From positions 37,262,001 to 37,326,000 of the forward strand of contig OZ024744.1 in NCBI GenBank assembly GCA_964016885.1: a stretch of DNA of 64,000 nucleotides. Reading direction: 5' to 3'. This DNA comes from Eledone cirrhosa (taxonomy: Eukaryota). The notes beneath the pieces were generated by a model, which searched no databases, was not told where the DNA came from, and saw only the letters and a program-made list of their open reading frames with translations. Positions 63,664-64,000 of this stretch are shown piece after piece. Within the stretch, counting starts at the first letter, position 1, and each line of letters opens with the position of its first letter. Made by a program: the position numbers and the translations under genes.

Positions 63664-64000
63664 GATATTTGATCATTTAATAGTTCAACAACACAACGTA
63701 CGTTTTTGGACATCATCCTGCTTCGGAAAGTGAAGCAGTATGTATATTTTATTGGTCAATAGGCTCTTGGTTTTGAAGAATTAAACTCCCTGCAGTGTAT
63801 AGCGAATTCTTTAATTATTGGTAATTCCAATAATTTCTTCCGCAAACGAAACCCTGTTAGGGAGATCTTTATATAAGTGAGACTAGCAAAACATTGTTTT
63901 GTATTATCTGCCTGGTTTATTGCTTCTCTGGATGATATCTTGTCTATATAGTTTATTCATTCATTGAGATGGTTAAGTATTAGAAACATTAACATTTAAA

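Overview
AT-rich, microsatellite-dense eukaryotic DNA with no recognisable host gene. The SINE families and repeat landscape suggest a coleoid cephalopod (octopus-like); this is an inference. The centre (about 9.76-31.0 kb) is a contiguous retrotransposon nest with an (AAT)n tract at every junction. It holds two R4/Dong-type RLE non-LTR elements on +, four L1/Tx1-type insertions on - (one full-length with both ORFs intact, one chimeric with a visible TSD, two 5'-truncated) and a Nin-domain SINE whose 3' end resembles the L1/Tx1 3' end. The flanks carry many Penelope-like (PLE) remnants in (TA)n tracts. I can fold about 13 hammerhead-ribozyme motifs by eye, several with U3-A8, A4 or U10.1-U11.1 variant cores, plus many fold-backs and one GIY-YIG fragment between inverted pLTRs. 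Also present: an internally deleted Helitron, MITEs, decayed R4 and RTE pieces, a CR1-like LINE 5' half with a CCCH-finger ORF1, and an unexplained 2.4-kb segment with tandem paralogous small ORFs upstream of a hammerhead and poly(A) signal. All alignments and folds were done by eye; boundaries of decayed elements are approximate.
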